A stretch of 35,923 nucleotides of DNA from Cyanobacteria bacterium P01_H01_bin.15 (GCA_038750375.1 JBCDHF010000002.1:1-35923); one strand, 5' to 3'. Numbered from the stretch's first letter, positions 18,044 to 28,257 are shown. Program-made: numbers and translations. Notes: generated by a model not told the origin, from the sequence alone.

Positions 18044-18496
18044 TTAGGCTTGATCCCAAAGTTGCTGAACCGACCCGGAAAGAACCGTTTTAACCTCTTT
18101 GGCACCAGCTTCAGACAGGGTTTGTTTTAACGCCTTGAAAACAGCTAATACAGCTTGCGTTGAAGTGACATCAGGCGCTAAGCCAGCTTCCTGTTGGATG
18201 CGAAAGAGAAAGGACTTATCCTTGATATCCATCGGCGGACGCACACGACTCAGCCAATTCACCAAGGGATTTGTATCCTGCCAAATGGATTTCAGACTAT
18301 CTTTTCCATCATCCGGCAGCTCGTCTTTGATGCGATCGGCCGCTTCCGTAGTCATAAGATCTCGCAAGGTCCGAAAAACGATTTCAGCCGCATCACGGGC
18401 ATCATAAGGACTGCCAAAACCTCCCTCTTTATCGACAAGTTTGTAAAAGGCTGTACTGGACATCTGAGAGTCCACTGACTCGGAATATTTAGACAT
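18044..18496 (-). CDS. DUF2267-like protein
   Basis: 150 aa, soluble and helical. The pattern DARDAAEIVFRTLRDLMTTEAADRIKDELP matches my memory of DUF2267 repeats. Confidence 0.65.
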   Translation of the reverse strand: MSKYSESVDSQMSSTAFYKLVDKEGGFGSPYDARDAAEIVFRTLRDLMTTEAADRIKDELPDDGKDSLKSIWQDTNPLVNWLSRVRPPMDIKDKSFLFRIQQEAGLAPDVTSTQAVLAVFKALKQTLSEAGAKEVKTVLSGSVQQLWDQA

Positions 18497-18538
18497 ATTT
18501 CAATTCGGCGCATTACGCATTGTTACTTTTTTTAAAGT

Positions 18539-20404
18539 TTATCGCGTCTGGTCGTCCTTTCCGAGATAGCCGCGTGGCGTCACCAGGTAATCAAGCCAGC
18601 GGCGGGTACTACCATTCCCGATCAAAACAGTGCTGAGCATATCGATGGGATGGGTCAGCATTTCGGCCAAGGTGGTGAGCTGAATCCGTTCTTGCGGTCG
18701 ATACAGAGAAGTCGCGATCACAACGGGTGTTTGTGGGTCACGATGTTTGAGGAAAATTTCCCGAGCCTGCTCAATTTGCTGGGTCCGTTTCACCGATTTG
18801 GGGTTGTAGAGAATCGTCACAAAATCTGCGATCGCAGCCGCGTCCAAACGCTTACAAATGACCTCCCAAGGCGTGAGTAAATCGCTGAGACTAATGGCAC
18901 AAAAATCGTGCATCAAAGGAGCCCCCACCCGAGAGGCGGCTGATTGCAGGGCAGAAACTCCCGGATATACCGTCACAGGAATTTCGGTTAATTCCTGCTG
19001 CTGCAACAGCTCCAGCACTAACCCTGCCATCCCATAAATGCCACAATCTCCCGACGAGACCACCGCCACGGTTAACCCCCAATTCGCGAGTTCCAACGCG
19101 CGCTCTGCCCGCTGCCGTTCTTGGGTGATAGGAAACGCTTCGACAATTTGTCCGGCTCGTCGCAAGGGTGTCAGCAAATCGAGATAAAGCTGATAACCAA
19201 TCATCACATCGGCTTCTTTCACCGCACTCTGCGCGGCTGGCGTCATCTGCGCTAAAGACCCTGGACCAGTCCCGACCAACCACAGTTTGCCTTGCCGCCC
19301 CAAATATTCGCGTTCTGCGATCCCAACGGCAACAGTAACGGCCCCGTCCCCGCGAAAAACTCGCTTTTCAACGAGCAGAGACGTATCAGGCTTCTGTGAA
19401 TAGCGTTGTGCGGCGGCTAAGGCTGAGGCTTCTGCAACGCTAGGAGATCCCACCGTTTCTGTCACATAGTCCGATGGATTGGGCACCGGAATCGTTTTGA
19501 GTTCTTCCGGCGTAAAGATTTCGAGCGGCCAGTTTTGCTCGGCAGCAACAGCTAATAATCCGGCTTCATCCGCTTTTTGGGTAATGCTGGCTAGCCCTGC
19601 GATCGCATTCATCGACAAATGCTGCTGTTGAAAGGTTTTTATGATCGCATTCGCAATTAATCCCTGAGACGTTCCACGCTCACAGCCAATCCCGACCCAC
19701 AAAACACGGGGATGCCACTGAACTTTCGGGAGCTGACTATCCGTCGCAAAGGATCTTTGAGTGTGGCTTATCCAAACCCGAGCGGCGGGGGTCGATGCGG
19801 GTTCATTCGCTTCTGGAAATCCAAATGTCAACGAATGTTCACGGGGTAAATGTGCCTGCCAGAATTCCGATCCGGATTCTTGAATAATTTGCACTGGTTT
19901 ACGATTTGCGATCGCAGCACTCACTTGCGTCCAATCCCCAGTGCCTTTTCTCCAGCCAAACGGTTGTCCGAGTAAATCGATCGCCGGAAGCCCGGTTTGA
20001 GCACATGCGCCCGTGATGATCGGTTCCAAATTTAGGTAGTTAGCCAGTAATAGGGTCATGCGATCACCACCGCCTTGATGACCGCTGGTAACGCTGATGA
20101 CCTGCTGTCCGGACAGCACAATCACTGCCGGATCGGTTGCTTTGTCTTTTAATAAAGGCGCAATTAGGCGAACGGTTGCCCCCAACGCCAACCCAAAAAT
20201 GAAATCCTTGTGCTCACTCCAAAGCTGAGCGATCAGCCTTTTTAGTGAACCCTCATGCGCCTGTCCGTAGCCCACGATTTCGACGATTGGCGATACCCAT
20301 AAAGGCGCTTGCTGCTCTTCGCAAATCGGACGAAGTTGTTCGTAAGCAGCTTGAGTCGTTGCGATGCCGCAAAACGGCCGATAGGGCTGAAAAAGGTCGG
20401 TCAT
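18539..20404 (-). CDS. cobJ: Bifunctional CbiG (cobalt-precorrin-5A hydrolase) / precorrin-3B C17-methyltransferase (CobJ/CbiH)
   Basis: 621 aa. The N-terminal ~350 aa are CbiG-like. The C-terminal domain starts with the tetrapyrrole-methylase signature LWLVGTGPGS and also contains VSSGDCGIYGMAG. Confidence 0.88.
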   Translation of the reverse strand: MTDLFQPYRPFCGIATTQAAYEQLRPICEEQQAPLWVSPIVEIVGYGQAHEGSLKRLIAQLWSEHKDFIFGLALGATVRLIAPLLKDKATDPAVIVLSGQQVISVTSGHQGGGDRMTLLLANYLNLEPIITGACAQTGLPAIDLLGQPFGWRKGTGDWTQVSAAIANRKPVQIIQESGSEFWQAHLPREHSLTFGFPEANEPASTPAARVWISHTQRSFATDSQLPKVQWHPRVLWVGIGCERGTSQGLIANAIIKTFQQQHLSMNAIAGLASITQKADEAGLLAVAAEQNWPLEIFTPEELKTIPVPNPSDYVTETVGSPSVAEASALAAAQRYSQKPDTSLLVEKRVFRGDGAVTVAVGIAEREYLGRQGKLWLVGTGPGSLAQMTPAAQSAVKEADVMIGYQLYLDLLTPLRRAGQIVEAFPITQERQRAERALELANWGLTVAVVSSGDCGIYGMAGLVLELLQQQELTEIPVTVYPGVSALQSAASRVGAPLMHDFCAISLSDLLTPWEVICKRLDAAAIADFVTILYNPKSVKRTQQIEQAREIFLKHRDPQTPVVIATSLYRPQERIQLTTLAEMLTHPIDMLSTVLIGNGSTRRWLDYLVTPRGYLGKDDQTR

Positions 20405-20600
20405 TAGGTTGGAAAATCAGAATCAATGACCATAGTGACATTAGTTTTCTGATCACAGAGATGAAAAGAAAGCCTTCTGGTCCAAAGAACCGACGCCAGA
20501 ATAGCGGCCAGAGTCGGTTTGCGCAGACTAAAACAACCTGAGTTCGGGATAAGAAAATGGTTGATTATTAGACAGAACTTCAGCCATCAAGGGTTTTATC

Positions 20601-20783
20601 TCAGACGAAATACGTCAAAATCCAAGTAGAGCAAACATTAGCTGCTATAGCGAGACTCAAGTACAGGGCGTTGAAGGTCGACCATGTCAGTGACCAAAGC
20701 CCAACGAATGGCAGGAGAAGCAAAAAATTTACTTCAACTGCCGGTTTAGATAATCGAAAAAAGCCGAAAATATCTGCTGGCAA
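20601..20783 (-). CDS. Hypothetical small two-helix membrane protein (60 aa, TTG start)
   Basis: The ORF contains no ATG. A good AGGGAG Shine-Dalgarno lies a few nt upstream of the TTG. The product has two hydrophobic stretches (NFLLLLPFVGLWSLTW and ALYLSLAIAANVCSTWILTYFV). It lies just downstream of the gltS terminator. Support is weak. Confidence 0.35.
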   Translation of the reverse strand: MPADIFGFFRLSKPAVEVNFLLLLPFVGLWSLTWSTFNALYLSLAIAANVCSTWILTYFV

Positions 20784-20800
20784 GGTACTCCCTGTGATCG

Positions 20801-20821
20801 CTTAACCTGAACTCAGGTTAA
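20801..20821. repeat. Near-perfect palindrome TTAACCTGA-AC-TCAGGTTAA, related to a degenerate copy at 20535-20553
   Basis: Read directly: 20802-20810 is the reverse complement of 20813-20821. The reverse complement of 20801-20819 matches 20535-20553 (aacctgagttcgggataag) at 17 of 19 positions. Confidence 0.6.
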
Positions 20822-20835
20822 AACAGAATTCCTGC

Positions 20836-20863
20836 CAAAAAAGAGGCCGCTGTTGAGCGGCCC
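20836..20863 (-). terminator. Intrinsic terminator of gltS
   Basis: On the minus strand a 7-bp GC stem (ggccgct / agcggcc) with loop caac is followed by tctttttt. It sits about 40 nt after the gltS stop. Confidence 0.55.
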
Positions 20864-20900
20864 CCAAAATCGATATTTAGTTATTCAAAAACGTCTAAAA

Positions 20901-23900
20901 TTAGACCGAGGTTAGCGCCTTATCTGCTACAGCAACTTCCGGATTCGCGGGGGCGGTGTCAGCTTCAGAAGGCGGTACAACCTGCCAGAATTGAGGCAAA
21001 TAAATTTCCCAATCACCTAAAATCTGCTGACCTTTAGGGCTGCCCGTCCGATCAACATGAGCTGTAATCAAGTCTTTGAGTTGCTTTTCTCCGGCGGGAG
21101 CAATGACTCGCTGGGTGCTGACAATCTCCCGATTTACTTTCGCTTCAAACGTCCCTTCTTCATCCAGGAAATAACCTAAACCGCCGGTCATCCCCGCGCC
21201 AACATTACGTCCAACCTTGCCGAGTACAACCACTACACCGCCGGTCATATATTCACAGCAGTGATCGCCCGCTCCTTCAATGACGGCAGTGCCTTTGGAA
21301 TTCCTAACAGCAAAACGCTCGCCCGCGCGACCATTGGCATAAAGCGTACCACCGGTTGCTCCATATAAGCAGGTGTTGCCAATCAAAACATTTTCACTGG
21401 CGATAAACGGCGCTTCAGGAGGCGGGGTGATAATAATTTCACCTCCGTTCATGCCTTTGCCAACGTAGTCGTTGGATTCACCCGTCAAAACTAGCTTCAT
21501 GCCTAACAGGTTAAAGGCACCAAAACTCTGCCCAGCAGACCCATAGAAGTTCAGCGTAATTTCGCCCTCAAAGCCCTTGTCACCATATTGCGACGCAATC
21601 CGACCGGATAGACGGGCACCCACAGAGCGATCTGTGTTGACCACTTTGTAAGTTTTTTCCACGACACCACAGTCTCGAATCGCCGCCAAGATGTCGTCAT
21701 CTGCCAGCAGGTCGTCATCCAAAACAGGCCCGTTCGTATGGACAGCGCCATGCTCCAACCAACTGCGATCACTGCGGGCATCAGGCAGTTGAGTGAGGCA
21801 ATCGAGATTCAAAGATTGGGTTTTACTCAAGGTTACGCCTGCTCGCGGTGTCAGAATATCTCCACGGCCGATAATGTCAGACAGCTTGCGATAGCCGAGT
21901 TTTGCTAACAACGAGCGTACTTCTTCTGCCGCAAAGTAAAAGAAATTGACCACATGCTCTGGCGTTCCAGGGAAGCGCTTACGCAGCCGCTCCTGTTGGG
22001 TTGCGACACCCACCGGACAAGTATTCAAATGGCAAACCCTAGCCATGATGCAGCCTTCCGCAATCATTGCGACCGAGCCAAAGCCATATTCTTCCGCCCC
22101 CATCAGCGCAGCCATTACGACGTCATAGCCGGTCTTAAAGCCACCATCCGCTCTCAACAAGACGCGATCGCGCAAGCCATTTTCCATTAGAACCCGGTGA
22201 ACTTCAGTCACACCGAGTTCCCAAGGACTGCCCGCATGCTTGATTGAGCTTAAGGGGGATGCGCCCGTTCCGCCATCATGACCGGAAATTTGAATCACAT
22301 CCGCATTGGCCTTCGCGACCCCTGCGGCAATTGTGCCGATCCCGATTTCTGCCACAAGCTTTACTGACACTTGGGCTTGAGGATGAATTTGATGCAAGTC
22401 AAAAATGAGCTGCGCCAAATCCTCAATGGAGTAAATATCGTGGTGCGGCGGAGGAGAAATTAATGAAACTCCAGGTTTGGAACGCCGCAGCATTGCAATG
22501 TAGGGACTTACCTTTTTGCCAGGTAACTGACCTCCTTCTCCAGGCTTGGCGCCCTGAGCCATCTTGATTTCGATTTGCCGCCCGCTCATCAAATAAGCTG
22601 GCGTGACGCCGAACCGCCCCGATGCAACCTGCTTAATGGCTGAGTTGGGAGTGTCGCCATTGCGCAACCCTTGCAAATGACTGAACAGCTTGGATAAGCC
22701 TTCCGGAGTCGCGTCCTGAATCACTTCTTGACGCATCGGATCTTCACCGCCTTCACCGGAATTCGACTTACCGCCAATTCGATTCATGGCAATTGCGAGG
22801 GTTTCATGGGCTTCCCGTGACAGTGAACCCAAGGACATCGCTCCGGTACAAAAACGCTTAACAATCTCTTCGACCGGTTCGACTTGGTCTAGGGGAATCG
22901 ACTCGCGATCAGATTTGAAATCCAGTAGATCCCGCAGAGCCGTGGGCGTCCTGGTCTCGAGGAAATTGGTGTACACCTCGTAGTGATCGTATTGCTTATC
23001 CTTGATGGCTTTGTGCAGCGCCTTTGCCATCTTGGGGGAATTCATATGGTATTCACCCTGATTACGGCAAGCAATAAAGCCTAAGTTTTCCAGCCGCTTA
23101 CCCACCATATTAGGGAACGCCCGGTGATGAATCGCCAATGTTTCATCCGCTAAATCGGCAATACTCAAGCCGCCTAAGCGGGATGTGGTGCCCTTAAATG
23201 CGAGCGCTACCAAATCGCCGCCCAGACCAATCGCTTCAAAAATCTGCGCGCCGTGATAAGACGACAGCAGGGAGATGCCCATCTTGGAGAGAATCTTTAA
23301 CAGTCCACCTTCAACTGACTTGCGATAACGCGCCATGGCAGTTTCCAGGGAAATACGTTCAAGGGTCCCCTTCTCGATCAGGCTCTGGGTCCGAGAGTCA
23401 TTCCACCACTGGCGAATGGTCTCCCAAGTTAAATACGGACAAATGGCAGAGGCCCCAAAACCGACTAGACATGCGTAATGATGAGTGCTCCAACATTGCG
23501 CCGTATCAACGACCAACGACGCATCCAAACGGAGACCCTCGTGAATTAGATGGTGGTGAACTGCACCCACCGCTACTAGTGGAGGCAAGTAGGCCAAATC
23601 TGCATTAACCGTTTGCCCCCCCGCGCGATCACTAAGAATTAAGACCTCTGCACCGGCGCGTACCGCCTGGGCAGACTCCGCACATAGCTGCTCCAGACGA
23701 GCCTTGAAGCCAGCACTCCCGTCTGCGATCACAAAAAGAGTAGACAGCTCAGTGACGCTAAACCCGGAGTTCTTAATTTTGCTGAGTTGAGCTTCATTGA
23801 GAACCGGCGAATCCACTTGCAACTGCCGGGCATCCTGAGCCTGAACGTCCATTAAGTTGCCCCGCTTGCCGAGTAACATATTCAACGACATCACCAAGCT

Positions 23901-25544
23901 CTCCCGGAGAGGATCAATGGGAGGGTTGGTGACCTGCGCAAACCGCTGCTTGAAGTAGTCGTAGAGAGCGTGAGCCTTTGTGGAAAGAACAGCTAAGGGA
24001 ATATCGTCTCCCATACAGAAAGTCGGCTCTTTTCCCAGTGTGGCCATCGGCACCACAATCATGTCCACATCTTCTGCGGTAAAGCCGAAAGCAGCTTGCT
24101 GCTTTAAACAATCAGCCGGCTCCAATTGAGTAGCAGTCTGGTAGGAAGTATCCGGCTCAATGATGTAACGCTGTTTGAGCCATTCACCGTAAGGCCGTGC
24201 TCCGGCGATTTGCCGTTTAACCTCCCAATTTTTGAGTACAGTCCCTTCTGCTAAGTCTACGGCTAACAGTTGACCCGGGCCCAAACGCCCTTTTTCAAGG
24301 ATGTCGGCCTCTATTAAATCAATCACACCTGCTTCAGACGCAACCACGACCAAATTGTCTTTGGTGATGCAGTAGCGAGCGGGACGCAAGCCATTGCGGT
24401 CGAGAATGGCAGCCACTTTTTGTCCGTCGCTACAAACCAAAAGCGCCGGACCATCCCACGGCTCTTGAAATCCGCTATGGAAATCATAGAAATCGACAAT
24501 TTCAGGATGGGCATCCAGTTCCGGCTGATTCTTATAAGCCTCCGGCACCAAAATCATGGACGCTTCTAAGGGAGTACGGCCCGTTCGGACCAGCAATTCC
24601 ATAGCGCTATCTAAATTGAAAGAATCACTCTGCTGCGAATTGACAATGGGGCGCAAGCTTTCGAGTTCGCCCGGCTCCCAGCCAGGGACCGATAAATGAG
24701 CCTCCCGGGTTGCCATCCAGTTGATATTGCCTAAAAGGGTATTAATTTCCCCGTTATGCCCGAGCAGACGCATCGGCTGAGCCAGCGGCCAGCGAGGCAT
24801 TGTATTTGTGCTAAAGCGCCGGTGATAAACCGCAAATTGAGATTCATACCGCTCATCTTTCAGGTCTGTATAAAATTCGCCCAATACTACGGACCGCACC
24901 ATGCCCTTATAGACAAGCGTCCGACAAGAGAATGAACAGAAGTAATAGTCATCGCTGAGGGCTTTCCCGATTCGCGATCGCGTAATGTAGAGCTGGCGAT
25001 CTAGTTCGTCTCCCCGCAGCCCCTCGGGACTAGACACAATGACCTGTTCAATTTGAGGCTGATTTTTGCGTGCTTCAACACCTAAAACGTCCGGGCACAC
25101 CGGCACCACTCGCCAACCTAAGCACGTTAGCCCCGCGTTCTTAATCTCATTTTCAATTGAAGTTCGAGCCTGAGCTAACTTATCAGGATCTTGAGGCAGA
25201 AACGCCATGCCTACGCCCCAAGCCTCATCGGCAGGAGTTTCGAAGCCTTGATCAGCAAACCACTGTGCAAAGAGGGCTTTCGGTATCCCGGTCATCACGC
25301 CCGAACCATCGCCAGAATCGCGATCGGCACTACATCCACCCCGGTGTTCCAAACAACCCAGCGCCACTAAAGACTGGGCGACTAAATGATGGGTGTTGCT
25401 GCCGTCTAGATTGGCCAAAAATCCTACGCCGCAAGCATCCCGCTCCTTTACCAACCAAGGCTGCCCTTCTGTGGGTGTGTTGGCAGATGGCAAGTCAGTC
25501 AAAATACTCGAAGAATGATTTGAATGGGAGAAGGGCGTATTCAT
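20901..25544 (-). CDS. gltS: Ferredoxin-dependent glutamate synthase (Fd-GOGAT)
   Basis: About 1547 aa from ATG 25544; the ORF-track TTG at 25559 adds 5 aa. The amidotransferase nucleophile Cys sits in DACGVGFLA after a ~37-aa propeptide. FMN/Fe-S central domains and a C-terminal GXGXG beta-helix domain are present. It is a single-chain enzyme of typical Fd-GOGAT size. Confidence 0.95.
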   Translation of the reverse strand: MNTPFSHSNHSSSILTDLPSANTPTEGQPWLVKERDACGVGFLANLDGSNTHHLVAQSLVALGCLEHRGGCSADRDSGDGSGVMTGIPKALFAQWFADQGFETPADEAWGVGMAFLPQDPDKLAQARTSIENEIKNAGLTCLGWRVVPVCPDVLGVEARKNQPQIEQVIVSSPEGLRGDELDRQLYITRSRIGKALSDDYYFCSFSCRTLVYKGMVRSVVLGEFYTDLKDERYESQFAVYHRRFSTNTMPRWPLAQPMRLLGHNGEINTLLGNINWMATREAHLSVPGWEPGELESLRPIVNSQQSDSFNLDSAMELLVRTGRTPLEASMILVPEAYKNQPELDAHPEIVDFYDFHSGFQEPWDGPALLVCSDGQKVAAILDRNGLRPARYCITKDNLVVVASEAGVIDLIEADILEKGRLGPGQLLAVDLAEGTVLKNWEVKRQIAGARPYGEWLKQRYIIEPDTSYQTATQLEPADCLKQQAAFGFTAEDVDMIVVPMATLGKEPTFCMGDDIPLAVLSTKAHALYDYFKQRFAQVTNPPIDPLRESLVMSLNMLLGKRGNLMDVQAQDARQLQVDSPVLNEAQLSKIKNSGFSVTELSTLFVIADGSAGFKARLEQLCAESAQAVRAGAEVLILSDRAGGQTVNADLAYLPPLVAVGAVHHHLIHEGLRLDASLVVDTAQCWSTHHYACLVGFGASAICPYLTWETIRQWWNDSRTQSLIEKGTLERISLETAMARYRKSVEGGLLKILSKMGISLLSSYHGAQIFEAIGLGGDLVALAFKGTTSRLGGLSIADLADETLAIHHRAFPNMVGKRLENLGFIACRNQGEYHMNSPKMAKALHKAIKDKQYDHYEVYTNFLETRTPTALRDLLDFKSDRESIPLDQVEPVEEIVKRFCTGAMSLGSLSREAHETLAIAMNRIGGKSNSGEGGEDPMRQEVIQDATPEGLSKLFSHLQGLRNGDTPNSAIKQVASGRFGVTPAYLMSGRQIEIKMAQGAKPGEGGQLPGKKVSPYIAMLRRSKPGVSLISPPPHHDIYSIEDLAQLIFDLHQIHPQAQVSVKLVAEIGIGTIAAGVAKANADVIQISGHDGGTGASPLSSIKHAGSPWELGVTEVHRVLMENGLRDRVLLRADGGFKTGYDVVMAALMGAEEYGFGSVAMIAEGCIMARVCHLNTCPVGVATQQERLRKRFPGTPEHVVNFFYFAAEEVRSLLAKLGYRKLSDIIGRGDILTPRAGVTLSKTQSLNLDCLTQLPDARSDRSWLEHGAVHTNGPVLDDDLLADDDILAAIRDCGVVEKTYKVVNTDRSVGARLSGRIASQYGDKGFEGEITLNFYGSAGQSFGAFNLLGMKLVLTGESNDYVGKGMNGGEIIITPPPEAPFIASENVLIGNTCLYGATGGTLYANGRAGERFAVRNSKGTAVIEGAGDHCCEYMTGGVVVVLGKVGRNVGAGMTGGLGYFLDEEGTFEAKVNREIVSTQRVIAPAGEKQLKDLITAHVDRTGSPKGQQILGDWEIYLPQFWQVVPPSEADTAPANPEVAVADKALTSV

Positions 25545-26231
25545 GCGGTTAATTGGCAAATAGAAAAGGCATTAATTGCGATGACTCGGACCGCCATCTT
25601 ACTGGAGCAGCGGCGCTCCATAAAACTATTTTGAGTAAGGTTAAGCCATTTTACTCAAGCTCACCCGCCAAGGGCAGCGAAGCCAGGAACTCCACAAAGC
25701 ATTGGAGCTAAACAATAGTGAAGAGCTTTAAGAAATTCCGAATACTTGGAATTTTGATTTAGAACAATTAGCCAACCGTTCGGGAATTCAATGAAGAACT
25801 CTCACCATTTAATCCAACAGTACAGTGCAGCCTTGAATCGTTTGGTGGCCAATATTATAAAGACTTATTAAATCTGTTGCATTCTCGATTATTTAACGCT
25901 CTTCCTGTCAAACCGATTAACTTGCTTGATTCCTTCTCTGTCATTACCTAAATAATGACTAAATCAGACAAAGCATTGTGTTCAAAAAAGCAATTTCAGG
26001 AACTGGAATTTTCGAATGAAGTCGACTTTTCAAGCTGAGATCAAGCGCTGACTATCGTCTTGGGTCAACGGATCAGCTCTGTACTTAGCAAATTGGGATA
26101 ACGCCTGTTTGCTCTTCACATCGAAAATTTAAATGAACCCATTAATCAAGTGCCCCCTGTTTAAACGACAGGATTAATCATGTGGTTCGATTTAGTCTAG
26201 CCAGTCTCCTCATCATTGAATTTTTCTAAAC

Positions 26232-28037
26232 ATGGACTTTCGTCGAGTTTTTGGTCTGATCGGGCTGCTATTGCTGGGATTACCCGCAGTTTCTGTGGGT
26301 TCAGAGCGCTCGCCAATTCCCCCGAGTTCTGCCTTCCCCAGGATTGCTGATGCATCGGTCTCTTCAATGCTGCTGACTCAAGGAACCGAAGTCCAAATCA
26401 ATGGAACTACTCACTCTGTCCCCTGGGGACAATGGCCAGCGGGCGAGACCCAGCACTTGGGGATTGCCGATACCGCGCTTACTCGTCTGCTGGGTATACA
26501 GCTAGGGAGCAGCCCTCAACCCGAAGTGCAAGCTCTCCAGTGGTTTACACGCTCCACAACGCCGACGTATTGGTCTGCACCCTATCGTTACCTGTCGCTA
26601 AATGCTCTGGCTCAGCAAGCTGGTTGGAAACTTCATACCGACGGTACGCGCTTAATCATTGACACGCAACCTGCCCAATTGAATAGGTTGACTCAAACCC
26701 CCGATCATCAACGCTTAACCCTTCAATTCTCCCAACCGCCTGTTTGGGAACGGCAGCAAGATCGTAAAAACTTACTACTGAAATTTTCTGCGATCGCAGA
26801 TCCGGCACTGCTACCCGAAATAGACTTAGTTGGACCCGATACGGATGAAACTCCCCGCTGGGAAATCCGCGATCGCGAATTCTTGCTAAGGATCCCCCTG
26901 AAGCCTGGCGCTCAGCCAGCCCTGGGAACCAATCACTATGACGGCACCTATCAGCTGGATATTTATCAGACTCCACCCCGGCAATCAGAGCGAGTCATTC
27001 AGTGGCGTCCCGGGCTCTACTGGCATCGCCAAACCATCGCCGTATCAGCCCCTCAGATGGCAGTACGGGAATTCACCGTAACCTGGTTAGCCATTCCGAA
27101 TTATTCGACCAGCAACTTTGTCCTACGCCCGATAACCGCCAATCCTGATGGCGCAGCAGGGACGTTGCCGTTGGCTAAAATTGCCCAAAACAATCATGCG
27201 ATCGCAGCGATTAATGCGGGCTTTTTTAATCGCAACAATCAACTGCCGCTGGGTGCCCTCAAAACCAGACAACGCTGGCACTCTGGCCCCATTCTCAACC
27301 GTGGCGTCATAGGGTGGAATGCAGCAGGACAATTCGAAACTGCTCGCCTCACCCTGCGCGAGAGACTGCAAGTAAACGGCGAATCCTTGCCTATTACCCA
27401 TCTCAACAGCGGGTATGTTCAGGCTGGATTGGCCCGTTATACTCCCACATGGGGCGGAACCTATACCCCCATAACGGACGGTGAAATGTTAATTCCCGTC
27501 GTGAACGACACCTTACAAGCCGCTATCACTGTTCCCAAGGCAAATACCCAAGCCATTCCCATTCCCAATCCTGGCTACCTACTCGTTAACCGCGCCCAAG
27601 CGGTATTTCCCGACTTACTACCAGCTGGAGCGAGCGTCAATCTAACGCCTCAAACTGTACCTACGTGGGCAGAAACTTATCCAGAACTCATGGGGGCGGG
27701 TCCTTTGCTTCTGCAAAACGGAAATATTGTTTTAGACGCATTGCAAGAGGGATTTAGCCCCGCCTTCAATCGCCAAAAAGCGCAACGCAGTGCCATCGGA
27801 ATCACAACTGACCAAACACTTTTGCTCGTGACAGTTTCAGAAGCTCGCGATCTCAAAGGAGCATCACTCGCGGAACTGGCTCAGATTATGCAGCGACTCC
27901 GGGCGCACCAGGCGCTTAATCTCGATGGCGGCAGCTCAACTGCTCTCGCTCTGGGCAATCAGCTAATTAATCGCCCGCCGGCCACCGCTGCACGAGTTCA
28001 CAATGGGCTGGGATTATTTGAACGTTTCCGTAATTGA
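26232..28037 (+). CDS. Secreted phosphodiester glycosidase family protein (DUF2233/NAGPA-like C-terminal domain)
   Basis: 601 aa with an N-terminal signal peptide. The C-terminal half carries AINAGFFN...GPLLL.NG...R.AIG...LLLVTV...LNLDGGSST, which is typical of DUF2233. Confidence 0.78.
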   Translation: MDFRRVFGLIGLLLLGLPAVSVGSERSPIPPSSAFPRIADASVSSMLLTQGTEVQINGTTHSVPWGQWPAGETQHLGIADTALTRLLGIQLGSSPQPEVQALQWFTRSTTPTYWSAPYRYLSLNALAQQAGWKLHTDGTRLIIDTQPAQLNRLTQTPDHQRLTLQFSQPPVWERQQDRKNLLLKFSAIADPALLPEIDLVGPDTDETPRWEIRDREFLLRIPLKPGAQPALGTNHYDGTYQLDIYQTPPRQSERVIQWRPGLYWHRQTIAVSAPQMAVREFTVTWLAIPNYSTSNFVLRPITANPDGAAGTLPLAKIAQNNHAIAAINAGFFNRNNQLPLGALKTRQRWHSGPILNRGVIGWNAAGQFETARLTLRERLQVNGESLPITHLNSGYVQAGLARYTPTWGGTYTPITDGEMLIPVVNDTLQAAITVPKANTQAIPIPNPGYLLVNRAQAVFPDLLPAGASVNLTPQTVPTWAETYPELMGAGPLLLQNGNIVLDALQEGFSPAFNRQKAQRSAIGITTDQTLLLVTVSEARDLKGASLAELAQIMQRLRAHQALNLDGGSSTALALGNQLINRPPATAARVHNGLGLFERFRN

Positions 28038-28257
28038 TGTTTTGCCCAAGCAATGATGAGTCGAAGACTCTAATCCTATTGCGTCTTTATCGCCAAAAAT
28101 CCTCGGCTCCAAATATCAAGAGAACGCAAAATTGTTCAATTTCGACATTTTGCTCTTAACAACCTCTGTCACTATTTGCTAAGTTTGGTCAAGAAACCAT
28201 CATTTTCAGACCATAACGACGTTTGATTCTTGTCACCATTTAGCCATTTCTTTAAGC

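Noticed and set aside
18891-19283. 130-aa minus-strand ORF in an alternative frame inside cbiG/cobJ.
   Set aside because: It overlaps the conserved methyltransferase frame and is rich in Arg, Ser and Gly. I saw no independent start signals.
20405-20600. Possible cobalamin riboswitch in front of cbiG/cobJ.
   Set aside because: I read the minus strand looking for the B12 box (approximately AGYCMGGAGACCKGCC) and the GGGAA / GGTGAAA core elements. None were found. Only a generic 7-bp hairpin is present.
23198-23608. 136-aa plus-strand ORF antisense to gltS. The same applies to 25157-25552, 21946-22190 and 22786-22983.
   Set aside because: These ORFs lie entirely within the strongly supported gltS frame on the opposite strand. 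Their translations are Arg/Ser/Pro-rich and of low complexity. This is typical of shadow ORFs in GC-rich coding DNA.
3310-28037. A phosphorus-scavenging theme linking PhoX, the PHP phosphoesterase, the Pho84-like MFS carrier and the phosphodiester glycosidase.
   Set aside because: The genes are dispersed over 25 kb, lie on different strands, and are separated by housekeeping genes (glmS, cobJ, gltS). There is no shared regulatory motif that I could verify. I treat this as coincidence unless a Pho regulon scan says otherwise.
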